Of a stretch of DNA of 64,000 nt, positions 14,266-30,900 are shown piece by piece (position 1 is the stretch's first letter; the number at the start of each line of letters is the position of its first letter). The stretch comes from the human T2T-CHM13v2.0 reference genome, Homo sapiens. The notes under the pieces are model-generated. The model saw nothing but the letters and a program-made list of their open reading frames with translations, did no database searches and had not been told where the DNA came from. A program made the translations under genes and the position numbers. Location of the stretch: NCBI GenBank assembly GCA_009914755.4, contig CP068257.2, forward strand, positions 23,360,001 through 23,424,000. Direction: 5' to 3'.

Positions 14266-17159
14266 TCAATGGCAACTGTAGTTTTCATTAAAACTTTTTT
14301 AATGAATTTTAATGAAATAATATTACTTTATTAAATCTTTTCTACTCATTAATACATTTTCCTAACCATCCATTTTGTGAAAGAACAAAATACATTTCTA
14401 TAATATTAGGTGACTTAAACATTATTTTATGCAGCTATTATAACTCTCTCTGAGTTGCTAACTTATATTACCTTGGCAAATGCATTGTTCTTATAAAGTT
14501 TGAAAAATTAAAGAACAAAACCTTAGAAGAGCTGTAATGGTGGCTTCTCTCTGAGAACTAAAAAAATGATTGCATGCTAGACATGGTCTCTCGATTTGGT
14601 ATGTTTCCTGCATACCTTCTCATGTACTTTCTTGTTAGAAAAATCTATAGTAGAAGAGTTGACACCTGAGCTAGGGGAGGTGCCCAAACACTGATGGGAC
14701 TTCCATCCCAGCCAGAGTCAAGGCTCTTGACAACTTGGAATAAGGAATTCAAGGAACCAGTCAGAAAACAGGGAAAGTAAGACAATTTGTTGCAAAGCCA
14801 AAGTACGCACTCAAGAAAGGGGAGTGCAGGCATACTCAAGAAAGTGAGTAGAGCCCAGTGGGGTTTGGAGCTTCTATTTTTATGAGTTTCTTTCACCAAG
14901 GGGTGGAATATTCATGAAGATTTTCATACAGATTTTTGGAAAAAGGAGAAAATTTCTGAGAACTGTGGTGCCAACCATTTTTAAACCAAATACGAATGTT
15001 CCTGGAACTGTCATGGCACTGGTGGGCGTATTATTTAGTATGTTAATGAGCACATGATGAGGTCCTAGGTGAAACTTAGGTCACATCCAGCACCATATTG
15101 GGTCCAGTCAGTTAGCCAGCTTGGCCCACATACTGGTTTTTGCCGTCTTACCGTCTTAGCAGTCCCTAGCTTATGCAACTGTTTCAACAGTTTTTATTTG
15201 CCAGTCATGCAAAACTGCTGCTTGGAATTTTCCATTATCCTGTGACCACCCTGGATTATTCCTGTCTCAGAGTCATTCCTTTGATACTTTGCTGCAGCAG
15301 AGTGGAAAAACACATTTCTGCTTCGTTAACCAACTAATACGTACATATTAGTTGGTTATACAAAATCTAACTTCAAACTTCAAGAGAAATGGTGTACAAA
15401 GAGTAGAAAAGGAAAAAAAGTCTGATTTACTCTCTTTCTTCTTTATTTACCATTGTGTTTATTTTCTATAAGAAATACATCTATTTTTCTTATTAAGAAC
15501 ACCTGAATTTCCAGGCTTCCCTTTTTTAAATGATAAAATTTGTTGGGTTTCTCCTTGTTCCTACAATTATCAGCATCCTTTTTCTAAGTACAAGCAAGCA
15601 AGTCATTAATTATTATCAATAGTGGATTACATTGAGAATCAACTGGCTTCCGGTATGCAATCAATACCAGCTATTATACACAATAAAACCTATAATCAGC
15701 ACACAGCCATTTTACAGAGTAGGTCAGAGATTAGTATAGCAGAAATGTGTCAGGCTACAATAATCTAAGTTTGTGAAGCATAAACTATTTTTATAAAAAC
15801 CAATTCAGTTACAGTAACAAAGACAAATTTACCTTATCATATTACTTAAGTGATGATTGGGATGTCTGGGAGGGTGTGTACAAACCTCTCCACCACCTCC
15901 AAAGACATCAGTGAATCATTGAAAATGCCCCAGGTTATGTCATGGCAGCAAGAAAACTATCTGAGAAATGTTTCATCCTCTTGCTTTGTAGCTCTCACCA
16001 TTATAAAGTACCACTTCAGACTCTAAGCTTCCTTTTTAAAGCTTATTGTCTGTCATATTTTCTTTCCTCAGTTTGATTTTACCTGCATGGTAGATTTGAT
16101 TTATATTGAAAAAGATACACAAAATTACAGAGAACCGGAAGTGTTTGGATCATGAACTGTCTTCCAGGAACTCCTTCTTGCTTCTTGTGAATAACAATGA
16201 TAACAGAAGAATACTATAGTCCAGTTGTTTTTGTTTTGTTATATTTTATGTTATCTATACTATGCCACATAATGCTAGTAAATAATAACTCCCTAATTAT
16301 TTACATTTATTGTACTTTTTCTAAAATAGAGCTAAACAGCTGTTTTCTTCATTTATATAACTATATTATTGTTTAACAATTTTAGTTATGGAAATCAGCA
16401 AAGTACTAACTAACTCTTCATTTTGATGGGGGGGAGGTCCATAATATGTAAATATTAAGATATTCTTAGAATGCCTCTTTCATAAACTATAGGATGAAAA
16501 ATCAAAGGGTCATATTCTCACAGTTAGAAAGAAATATAGTTATAATGTACGCAAAATTTGTTAAACGTACAAGCCTTCACTTCAAAAAAAAAAAACTCAG
16601 AATAAAATAAAATAAACTTGCAGTTTTCTTTACCTTCATTAAGTGTTGATGGTGCTTTGTCCTGTTGTTATTTCTGGTGCCATGATCATCAGCACCAACT
16701 TTGTGGTTGATGAATATTTTATTCTGTTTATTCTAAAAGAATGTAACAGCATCCATCTCTCTCACATTTTGAGAAATCAGTTATGGTGATATGTAGTGAG
16801 AGTTTTAATAACTATAGTTACTTTCTCATCCCCATTCAAAACTATCAACCTGAAATAGGATGTTTGTGACACCTCCAAGACTATAGTTTAAAGGTCACCA
16901 ATCACTTCCTCATTACAAATCAAATAGCTTGATCACACATTGTTTATGGACATGGTCCAAAGAGTACCAGCATAGGCATCTTGCTGATCTGTGAAGACAG
17001 ATAATGGAAATCTGGGGCTGCTGAGGAGACCTGACTTCTGAGACATGATATTAGAGAAGACATGCAGAAAAAGAGCTCCAGAAGTCTGTAGAGAAACTTA
17101 TTCACAGTTCTGGCTAGTCTTTGGCTGGTTTATAAGTGTAGATGCACAGGGTAAGACTC

Positions 17160-18226
17160 CATGAAACCAGGCAAAAAACAAAAACTAATAAAAAAGAACA
17201 TCTATCTGGAATTGTGAGCTAAATAATTGTTAGAACTTATGAAGAGAGTTAAAAAAAAAATCTGTGTGCAAACTAGCCAGAGAGATAAGTCCTTCTTCTA
17301 CATTCTGGACATTGAGTAAAATTCCAAAAACATCACACTATAAACAAATAGATATTCTAGAGTTTACAGTAAAGGCAACTCTAGAACTGCTCAAACATAG
17401 CTTAAAACCAAAGTTTAAATTAGCATGCTGATCCTCAAGTAAATTAAGTGCCTGCAAGAACCAAACTCATTAGTTTCTTAAGAAACACAATAAAATGGAG
17501 ATACTCAATATTAGAGCATTCTGAAAATCTAGAATGTAATAAAGGTTATCTAGACATGCAGTAAGTCAGGACAATATGCCCAATAAATAATAAATAAGAG
17601 ATAAATAGGGAAGCATTAAAGGGATGGAAACCATTAAAAATCAACCAAATGGAAGTTCTGTTAACAAAAATACAACACATAAAATGGAAAATGTATTAGG
17701 TAGACTTGGCAGCAGATGAGACACTGTAAAAGTAAACTTAAAATGACTTTGAAAATAGGGTTGTCAAAAACATTCAATAAAAACAAGAAAAAAATATTGA
17801 AAAATAGTTGAAGAGAGCCTCAGTGATCTGTGGAACATTTTAAAGTGTTCTAACATATGTGTGATTGGAGTGTCATATTAAGAAAAGAGAGAGAGAAAAA
17901 ATAGCTAAGGAATAGTAGCCAACATTTTTCAAAGAATCACAATAGACCCCAGGGAACATAAACACAAACAAATCTATCTCAAGCTAAATGATCATCAAAA
18001 TGCTAAAAACTAATGATTGTGGGAAAGATACTGAAAGAAGCCAAAGAATCCAGGTCACATGCAGGGGAAAATCATAAAATCTATTTCATAACTTTTTATC
18101 AGACGCAGTGGAAGTCAAAAAAAGGATAATTGAAAATAACATATTTAAAGTTATTGGGAGGGAGCGGGGGAAATATCAACCTACAATTCTATACCCATCA
18201 AAAATAGCCTTAAAAAACAAAGCTCA
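17160..18226 (+). mobile_element. Ancient LINE-1, ORF1 region (coiled-coil to C-terminal domain), interrupted by an Alu
   Basis: Conceptual translation reads ...SLSDLWNILKCSNICVIGVSY.EKREREKIAKE...GNINTNKS...[16 protein letters not shown]. This parallels L1 ORF1p ...SLQEIWDYVKRPNLRLIGVPE...ISYPAKLSF, with stops and frameshifts. Confidence 0.7.
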
Positions 18227-18760
<534 letters not shown>

Positions 18761-19449
18761 TCACTTTTTTAAAACAAATGAGAAGTGGCTTCAGGTGGCT
18801 GACTACAGGCAGCTGGTACTCACCTCCTCCACAAAGAAGAGCTAATATAGCTAGTAGATGATCACACTTCAAATAGATCATCCAAGAGAGAACAGGAATT
18901 CAACAGAGAAGTCACAGGAAACACTTAAAGCAAGGAAAGAGAGGGGAACGAGGCAGCCTCCTTGGCCAGCCTTGGCTGGAAACCTGGAGAGGTTCCTCAA
19001 TAGGGGGAAAAGGTAAGTGAGAGACCCCAATGGCCCACATTTCCATCACAGGCTCCTGCAATCGTAACCTCAGGAGAACCCCTTGACTCTTGTGGGCCCT
19101 AAGACTATGATACAGAACACACAAGGCATTGTTGGATTTTTTTTTTATCCCTACCACTGCTAATCTTGTCATTTCACTTCTAGTAACTGCAAAAAAATTT
19201 CCTCAGCTTAGTTATCAACTACATTGTTAGTTTTGCCCTAGGGTTCCGAAGTTCCATGGTTCACAACTCAGAAGCATTTTACATTCTGCTCGATTTAAAC
19301 AAGGTATTTCTCTAAGTTTTCACAAGAATGGTAAGGTGAAAACCATAGCTTCATTTCCTAAATAGCTATACCATCAGCCAGGAAGCTCTGCAGTCCATAC
19401 CCTGATGCTTGTGCATAGAATATTCCTCACCTCCTTGGTGAAACAGTGA

Positions 19450-19774
<325 letters not shown>

Positions 19775-20118
19775 TCCCGCCGAGTTTATTTTTAAGGTGA
19801 CTTTTGTTATTTTGAAGTAGCATTGTGCAAATGTAAAGTGCAACAGCAGAAGATGAACACTGCTGGAATATTCTGAAATATCAAAATACTTACTTTTTTC
19901 ATCCAAAGCTCTGAACCCTTTAAAGAAAAGAATAGTGCTGAAGTGTATTTATGTATTGTTTGTGTGTTATGGGGGGGGGGGTGGGAAAGAGAAAAAATAT
20001 AAAATAAAACGTAAATTGTACATGGATCCACAGATTGCATGATTATTGTGAACATTTAAATACTGTTAATTATATCAGATTTTCATTCATTCAATACTAG
20101 CAAAAGCTAGTACCAGAA

Positions 20119-20147
20119 TTAATAATAATAATAATAATAACAACAAC
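20119..20147. repeat. (TAA)n(CAA)n microsatellite
   Basis: 'aataataataataataataacaacaacag'. Confidence 0.85.
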
Positions 20148-21334
20148 AGCTTTGAGTTGCTTACTATCTGAAATACGTTATTCTACCCACCTTCTATTTG
20201 CTAGCTCATGCCATTTTCACAACTGATGAGAAAGGTGCTATTATTTTTTCCTACTTTACAAGTGAGAAAATTGAAGCACAGTGATTGTACCTCATAGGCC
20301 TAAACTCACAGTCAAGAATAGAGGATATGTTAAACCTTCAATGGATCCAGGGCAGTCCATTACTAGATATTCAATGAACCTAATAATATGACATATTGCC
20401 TTACCATGGAAACTGCAAGGATTTCTGAAAATAATGATAGCATCTTCATATTTCATTGCCTCTGCATTAACTTTTCTCTGTGAGAAATTGTGAATGCTCT
20501 ATTTCTAAGTATATAGATCTAGATTTATCTCTTTCTATATATGTATATGCAGACATTTGTAGATGTATATTCATGTCATTTGTGTTGCTACTTAAAAAAC
20601 TCAGTTCTTATAGGTTTTTATATTTGTCTAACTAGTAAACTTGAATTGGAATTTTATTTAAAAAATTTAGATTTTTTATTTGCATCTCACTAAATAATCC
20701 GTGTCCTAGCGTTACTCATCTTAAATTTAACAACATTTTATATGTTAACTTGTAGTTACAGGCATCTTGGAGGACAAGTGCCCCCTTTGACCTTGGGCTT
20801 CGGGTTTTATATGTTGGCTGGCCTACTTCTGGCGTCTTGCATCTCTTTTCCCTTGACTCTTTCTTTGGGGTGGGCTGCCTATATGTGCAGTGGCCTGCTA
20901 GCAGTTGGGAGGTGAGCATGCGCAGTGTTTACTGGAGTCGTACACATGCTCACTTGAGTTCCCTTTACCTGCAGAATGACCCTGGAAGGTCATACTCCAC
21001 CATTTTTCCTCTTAATGTGCATGCTTAAGCCCCTTCGTCGAGCTCCTGAGATCTTATCAGAAAGCTGCTGATCACCAGTTTTAGGTGTTTCCTATCTATA
21101 GGGACAGTGCCTTTCCTCGGTGCTGGCTGCAATCTGTTAATATTTTAGAGAGGCGGTGTGACAACTGCCTGACCATCACCTGATGGTTGCCTGATTTTCT
21201 TGGTTGGGTGTAGGGGCCCTCTCCTGCCCTGTTGGCATCTGACTAGCTACCACGTGGAACACTATGTCAATTTAAATTCATAGACTACCCAAGGAAAATA
21301 AAAGGTACCTTGCTATAACATCAAACTTAATAAT

Positions 21335-22060
<726 letters not shown>

Positions 22061-22079
22061 ATCTAGGCAGCTTGCTTGG

Positions 22080-22990
22080 GTACTAGTAGTGGCTGCAGTG
22101 AGCCAGGCAGGCGGGTGGGTTCTTGGGCCCTTGGGAAGTGGATGTGGCAATGGTGATGGCAGTAGCAGTGATGAGACAACCCTTCGGTTCCCAAGAAGTT
22201 CACATTTGTGCTATCAGTGATAGTGACAGGTTGGGAGGGCCAGTCCCCAGGCCTGCAGGTGGTGCATACAGGTGGGTGCCACGTGTGATGGTAGCAGTAG
22301 GTTGGAGGTGCCTAACCTCAGGCCTCTGGAGAAATGTTCAGGTGATGAAGGTGGTGGACTGGACTGGGTATTGGAGGGGGTGGAGCCCAGCCTGGTGGAA
22401 CTGTCATCTGGCCCTCTGATGGTGTGTGCAGGTACTGGCTGTGGTAGGCCAGGATGGGGTGATCTGCGACCTTGGTGGAATGCTTAGGTAGGGGCAGCAG
22501 TGACTATGCTTTGGCTTTGCTACTGGGGAGGGCAGAGTAGCTTTCAGTGGCAGTCCCTGCAAGCGGGAGGAGGCTGGAGAGTGCATAGATTGCTCGTGCT
22601 TGTCCCTGGTGGTGGCAGCCTGTAGTGTCAGTGGCTGAGGGTAGGGGAGCCCTTTCTTGGAATGTGTGAAAGTGCATAGAGACTCCATTGTTGGGGGTAC
22701 CAGGGTCACTACCAATGGCTTGTACTTATGCCTCAGTGATGGCAGGAGCCAGCAGCAAGGGAGGCTGTGGCAGGGTAGGCTTTCTTCAAGGTGCATGAAG
22801 ATGTGGGGCCCTGTAATCAGGGGACAGGGTCACTATCAGTGGCTCATACCTTGGCCCCAGCAGCAGCAGCCAGCAGTGGCAGTGACTATGCATGGGACAT
22901 GTCAATGGTGCTCCAGGATATGGAAATGTAGTGGCTTTTGGGCCCCAGAGCATGATGCAATCTGGTAGGGGGTGGGATCTCAAAATGTTA
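22080..22990. repeat. GC-rich degenerate tandem-repeat array (minisatellite or satellite-like; units roughly 90-150 bp)
   Basis: Recurring unit 'gtgcatagagactccattgttgggggtaccagggtcactaccaatggcttgtacttatgcctcagtgatggcaggagccagcagcaagggagg' alternates with 'gtgcatgaagatgtggggccctgtaatcaggggacagggtcactatcagtggctcataccttggccccagcagcagcagccagcagtggcag'. Motifs 'gtgatggcag', 'cagtgactatgc' and 'ggtggtggcagcctgtag' recur along the tract. GC content is markedly above the window background. Confidence 0.6.
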
Positions 22991-23074
22991 CTGTACTGTC
23001 GCTGCTTAGGACTGGGAGGTGTATGGGACTCAGCATGACCTCCCTCTCTGGAGCAACATTATCACAGCTCTGTT

Positions 23075-23289
23075 CGTTTGTTAGGGCTGCCATAACAAAG
23101 TATTACAACCTGGGTGACTTAAAAAACAAAAATATCTTTTGTCTCCATTTGGGGGCTAGAAGTCCAAGATCAAGGTGTCAAAAGTTCTGGGTTTTTTTGG
23201 GCACTGTAAGAAAGTTCTGTTTTTTGGCATGGTACTGGGTCTTGGTAGAAACTGAATGCTTAACTGTGGGCTGCCCATTTACCATCTGA

Positions 23290-23290
<1 letters not shown>
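23075..23290 (-). mobile_element. MLT-type (MaLR) LTR fragment, minus orientation
   Basis: 'gttagggctgccataacaaagtattacaacctgggtgacttaaaaaacaaaaatatcttttgtctccatttgggggctagaagtccaagatcaaggtgtcaaaag' is the reverse complement of the MLT LTR 3' region. Confidence 0.5.
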
Positions 23291-25420
<2,130 letters not shown>

Positions 25421-25573
25421 AGCTGGGTTACTTGCTGAAAGCAATGGGAATATGAGATGGGCAGTGGAAGAAAGTAGTTTTAAATACCAGTTATGAGCAT
25501 GTAACCAGTTATAGAAACAGACTGTGATTGTCATGAATATGTCTTCCTTGTGTTGTTATGAAGATGCTTGTGT

Positions 25574-25624
25574 TTATATATATGTATACACATATTTATA
25601 AACATATATATACACACACATATG

Positions 25625-25656
<32 letters not shown>

Positions 25657-25657
25657 A
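25574..25657. repeat. Compound (TA/TG/CA)n microsatellite
   Basis: 'tatatatatgtatacacatatttataaacatatatatacacacacatatgtatatacacacacacacacacacacacacaaa'. Confidence 0.85.
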
Positions 25658-25658
25658 A

Positions 25659-26007
25659 TGGTCCCTGACTTACAATGCTTTGACATGATTTTCCACTTAT
25701 AATTTTTCAACTTTACACTGGCACAAAGGTGGTACCCATTCAGTAGAATCCATACTTCAAGTATCTATACAACCTTTCTGCTTCTCACTTTCAGCACAGT
25801 ATTCAATAAATTACATGAGCTATTAAACATTTTGTTACAAAAGAAGTATTTATGTTAGAAGATTTTACCCAACTGTAGGCTAAGGTAAGTGTTCTGAGCA
25901 CATTTAAAGTAAGCTAGCTATAACGTTTGGTAGTTTATGTGTATTAAACGCATTTTTGACTTAGAATATTTTCAATTTACAATGGGTTTATCGGAACATA
26001 TATAATC
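25659..26007. mobile_element. Non-autonomous DNA-transposon-like element with imperfect terminal inverted repeats (family unassigned)
   Basis: 5' end 'ggtccctgacttacaatgctttgacatgattttccacttataatttttcaactttacac' and 3' end '...gcatttttgacttagaatattttcaatttacaatgggtttatcggaac' are approximate reverse complements of one another. I recognise the overall layout as a common human MITE-type repeat. Confidence 0.45.
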
Positions 26008-26364
26008 TTTGTTTTTTTCTCTCTTATCCCCATAGGTAACATAAGATCTATTAACTTTATAGTATAGTATTTAAGTATTGTTAAATTGACATAATAGTGT
26101 TTAAGTTATGAGATATATCAGATATGGGATATCAAGAGGAAGAGTAACTATCACTCAAGGACTTTGCATTCTTTTGGGGGAACGAGTTATTCCATTTTCA
26201 GTTGTACATAAGACAGTTGGATCGTGTTAGGTGGAAGTATGACATTGTTATTGTATTTATTTGTAGGTTAAGTATGCTTTAAGGAGATTCATATGGTTGC
26301 CAAGCTGACCAGGAGTGGACTTGTGATGGTTAATCTTATGTGCCAACTAGGCTTGGACACAGTG

Positions 26365-26775
26365 CCTAGACATTTGATCAAATATTATTCTAAATGTTTA
26401 TGTGAATATGTTTTTGAATGAAATCAACATTTAAATTGGTGGACTTTGAGTAAAGCAAAATGCCCTCCATAATGTGGATGGGCCTCATCCAATCAGCTGA
26501 AAACCTTAAGAGAACAAATATGGACCTGTCCTGGGCAATAGGAAGTCTGTCAACAGATGACCTATGGACTTGAACTTCAACCTCACCTCTTCCCTGATCT
26601 CCAGCATGTGGGCCTACCCTGCAGATTTTGAACTTGCCAGCTTCCATAATCCATGTGCCAATTCCTTCAAATAAAATAAATCTTTCTCTCTTCCTCCCTC
26701 TCCCTCTCCACACACACCACCCCCCCACACACACACATCCTATTTGTTCTGTTTATCTGTAAACCCTAATATGAT
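26365..26775 (+). mobile_element. MaLR/ERVL-type LTR (subfamily unassigned)
   Basis: '...aaatcaacatttaaattggtggactttgagtaaagcaaaatgccctccataatgtggatgggcctcatccaatcagctgaaaacc...cagattttgaacttgccagcttccataatccatgtgccaattccttcaaataaaataaatc...tcctatttgttctgtttatctgtaaaccctaatatg' follows a familiar LTR consensus layout. Confidence 0.5.
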
Positions 26776-26909
26776 AAGGTATGATTCCCTTTAAGAAGTT
26801 CTACAACAGAGAAAACTAACTTATGGTGATAGAAATGAGAATAGGGGTTGTTTCTGAAAGGGTGGGAATTGATGAGAAAGGGGCTAAGAAGGAGATTTTG
26901 AGATTAGAG

Positions 26910-26914
<5 letters not shown>

Positions 26915-26950
<36 letters not shown>
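26915..26950. repeat. (AT)n microsatellite
   Basis: 18 consecutive AT dinucleotides. Confidence 0.9.
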
Positions 26951-26953
<3 letters not shown>

Positions 26954-27419
26954 TGTGAGTTACATATCTGTATGCATTTGTCAAAATCAATCAAGCTGAA
27001 TACTTAAGAGCTCTGCATTTTACCATATGTATTAATTAACCAAACCTCATGTCTTAAAAAAGGAGAAAAGACATAGGTGTTGCCATTGTAGATTTGGAGA
27101 AATATTATGCAAAATTTTATAACATAAATTCTTCATAATATAATGTTACTTATTAAAAGACTGTACAATTATATATAACCTTCTACTTGTACTACAAACA
27201 AAAGTGTGTGCATAAAAACATTGAAAAGAGAAACACAAAAATAGTAATGATCTTTATTGATGGGAATGTAGATAATTTTAATTTTGTTCTTGATATTTAC
27301 TTATGCTATTTCATTTTCCAAAAATGAATATGTATTATTTTTATAATCAGAAATAATCAATGAAAGGTTTTTAAAGAATAATTTTTATAGCATATATCTT
27401 GCTTTTACTAAAATTGCAT

Positions 27420-27560
27420 TGTATTAGTTTTCTATTGCTGCCATAACAAATGGTCATAAGGTTAATAACTTAAACCAGTAGTCATTTAGTATCTGAGAGT
27501 TCTGTAGGTCAGAAGCCTGGGTTAGCTCAACTAGTTCCTCTGCTTTGGGTTTTACAGTGC
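27420..27560 (-). mobile_element. MLT-type LTR fragment, minus orientation
   Basis: 'tattagttttctattgctgccataacaaatggtcataaggttaataacttaaaccagtagtcatttagtatctgagagttctgtaggtcagaagcctgg' is the reverse complement of the MLT 3' end. Confidence 0.45.
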
Positions 27561-27860
27561 TGAAATCAAGATGTCAACCAGCTGGTCTTTTTTCGGGAGG
27601 ATCTGAGAAAAATCTGCTTTCAAGTCCATTTAGGTAATTAATATAATTTGGTTTTCTGTCGTTATAGAAAGAAGTTACAGTTTCTTTGCTGGCTGTCTGG
27701 CTTTTCATTTCTAGAGAGGTGCCTTCCTCAAAGTCTTTTCAATTGCACAATTTGGGATAAGGTGTTTCTTGGTGGAATCTTGTCTGATTAATCAGGAGAT
27801 TCTCCTTTTGTGTCTATATAATTTATATATCATTTATATGTATATAAATTATGTGCACAG

Positions 27861-27966
27861 TTCCTTCCTTCCTTCTTTCCTTTCTTCCTTCCTCCCTCCC
27901 TCCCTCCTTCTTCCTTCCTTCCTTGCTTCCTTCCTTTTTTCCTTCCTTCTTTTTTTCCTTTCTTTA
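27861..27966. repeat. (TTCC/TCCC)n polypyrimidine simple repeat
   Basis: 'ttccttccttccttctttcctttcttccttcctccctccctccctccttcttccttccttccttgcttccttcc...'. Confidence 0.85.
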
Positions 27967-30900
27967 TATTAAATCTGAGGCTCTCTTTGGTTTTACATTT
28001 TCCTTAGATACTGACAAAACAACTAAAAAGTGCCTGTATCTACATTGTGGTGTTGTATGTATGTGTATGTTTGTTATCAAGATAAACGTTTGATTTTGAC
28101 TGCATGAATTTTAGAAATATTTAGACAACAAGCACTATATTAAACATAACAAAAATATTTTTAAAAATCTAAAGCAAGAAACAAATGACTTCAGAATGTA
28201 AACCTTCTTAAATTAATATGTAAATTTAGGGCTATGCTAATAAAAACAGTATCAAGTTTGAATGGGTTGTGCTGTTGTTTAGGTTTTTTGTGTGTTTGTT
28301 TGCATTGCTTTTCAAAATCAACCAGAAGTTATTTAGGTAAATATTAAAATAATTGTCCTGATTTCTGACAAGAGCTTCTAGCATACAGAAATAGTCTTGA
28401 TTATTTCAAATGCCTCTATGTATGTAAAACTTTGGTGATGGTTTAAATAACGGTCGAACTTATATTTATCAAAATACAATATTTACAGTATTTCATTCTA
28501 GGAGTTGCAGTGATGTAAAAATGATGTATTCATAACAGATATCTAAATAAATCTTTATTTAAAAATACAATCTTAGAAATTATGCTGTACCTAGTTAAAT
28601 AAGAGCAATTTTAACATCAATTAAATAACAGTAGCTAAACCAAAAAGAGATATATCAAAATTACTTTACAATGACAAGGCAGATATTCTGCTGTGGTTGT
28701 GGGTGTTCAGGACTCCGATGCTATAGAAGCTGAGCCAAATTTGCGGGTGACCCTCAGTCCCTGAGGCCTCAATGCATGACTCTCCCTGGGGGACCTTATG
28801 ACTCAACGGACACCCTGGCATCTCTAGGCCTCTATAAGCTGCATGTGGAGCAGCAGAAACAAAAGGGTCCTTTGGGAAAAACTGGAACTTGAACTTAATA
28901 TTAGCCTTTATTTGCCTGTTGTGATCATTTTCTTTTCTGAGTCCATGGAGCTTTCTCTCAGTCAACAGAGCAGCCATCCAACTTTCTTAAGCTCTTTTCT
29001 CAAATCAGAGTCTCATTTCAATGGGAGAAAGAAGCACTCCATAATTATTTGTCATTGTTTTTAGCCACCTTCTTGTAAAAGTTTTGTACCTGATATGTGG
29101 AGTTCATGTTTCTACACACTTTGGGAAATTCCTTCTCTATTTCTAAGCAGTTCACTGATTTTCTCTAAAGTTGTATTACATTTTCTAGCTGAAGCTTCCA
29201 AATTTCCCTTTCAAGCTGCACATTTTCAGACTGCAAAGATGCCTGCTCAGTTTGGAGACTTTCTACTTATCCTGTAAGCTCTTCATTCATTTGATTTTCT
29301 TCACACCGTTTTCTGAATCTTTCCTGTTTTTCTCCTTAAATAGGTCATTTTAAGTGACCTATTTAAGTTAACATCCACAGTAAGACTCTTTAGATCAAGT
29401 TCTGACTGATAGGCCAGTGATTACCATTTTCTTCCTCCCTCATTTTCTCTACTTCCAGGTTCCCACCATCCTTGTGATCGCTACAGAAATTGGGCAACTG
29501 TATGGTCTTCAGCAGGATTCAGCCAGAAATTTTAATTAGCTCCCTTTATCTTTCATGACCTCTTGTGTCTGAATGCTCCAACAGTGCTATTTGTTCCATT
29601 TTGTTTCTCATTGCACAGTTTCTTAGTTGAGTGGTTCTGGACTTTGCTGAAGATGAGAGTTTTCATTCAAGCTGTCTTGTATTTGATTCCAAAGTTGTTC
29701 TCCGTCATTCTGTGATGTCTTCCAGATGTTCCACATTGATCACTAGGGAAAGTTTTCGTGAGTTGCTTTTCTGCTCTTTTCCCAAATTTATGGTGTCTTC
29801 AAGTCATGACCTGCTTCCATTTTTTTTAATGTCAACAAACACGGCGTTTGTGACATCAGAAGACTGGCTTCCACCACAGCACGCCTAGATTTGTTAAACT
29901 TATGAGAGCAAGAGAGATTTCCACCTTGAGAAATGCCAATAGTGTCTTAAAAGGAAAAATATAAAACAGGACATTTATTAAGTTTGGGGCATGGCTTTGA
30001 GCAATTTAAGGAAAGTTTTTCAAGGTAGGAAACTGGTTGGATCTGAAAAATTTCACATGATAGAGTTGAAGACTGGTAAGCATGGCCAGTTAAGGGTCTC
30101 AGGGGAGTTTTGATAAACGAACCATTATCTTAAAAAGACAGCTCTTTTCCCAGATGAGCAAACTGTATGCTTGAATAATTTGGTTAACAAGAATTTTCTA
30201 AAGCAGTGACATTATTTACTTGCTTGCCATCTGATATTCCAGCATTTGAGTTTCCTGGATCAGATAGTTATTATGATGAAAGGTAGTCTTGGTTCTCAGT
30301 CTCCATCCAACTTAGATGCTTGAGTAGCCTCATTGCAAACTATACTCATTCTGCTTCTCTGTGAACTTCAGCTGTCTTGCATTCATGACAATTTGCCCAT
30401 CGGTCAGATATACCCAATTTCCTGAGTCATCTCTCCAATGGTACATTAGATGTTCTTTTTTTTGTGGATAAACACCTCAAAAAACAATTTTGGCGCTTTG
30501 ACATAGTGATATACAAATTTATTTCTTGTAAACAATGGCTTGGGATTTTCTAAAATATATTTCTAGTTTATATTGAAATGTTGCATTTCAAGCTTACTGA
30601 AAAGAAGAGTATAACCTCATAACATGACAATTTGTAATTGACTATTTGAAAAGTTTGAAATAGTTTATTGTTAAAAAACTGCCATTGGCTAACTCATGAG
30701 AAAGTGCATGTGCCTTTCAGATTCTAACAGGAGTGAACTAAATCTTATAAACTTATTTGGCTTCCATGTGCTGCTTTAGAAAAATGCTAACTATGCCTTC
30801 CTCTTTAATTCAAGTAATTTCACTTTTGGGTCTATGCCACTTCTTAAAAAAAAGGTGAATAAAAACAGAGCGTAGATGATGAGGGCAGAATATGATGCAA

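Noticed and set aside
22123-22983. Cluster of 98-130-codon ORFs on both strands (22404-22796 minus, 22657-22968 plus and others) that could look like a gene cassette
   Set aside because: They coincide exactly with the GC-rich degenerate tandem array. High GC and internal repetition suppress stop codons on both strands. The peptides are low-complexity (W/G/Q/P-rich) with no recognisable domain. Mutually overlapping frames on both strands are the signature of a compositional artefact.
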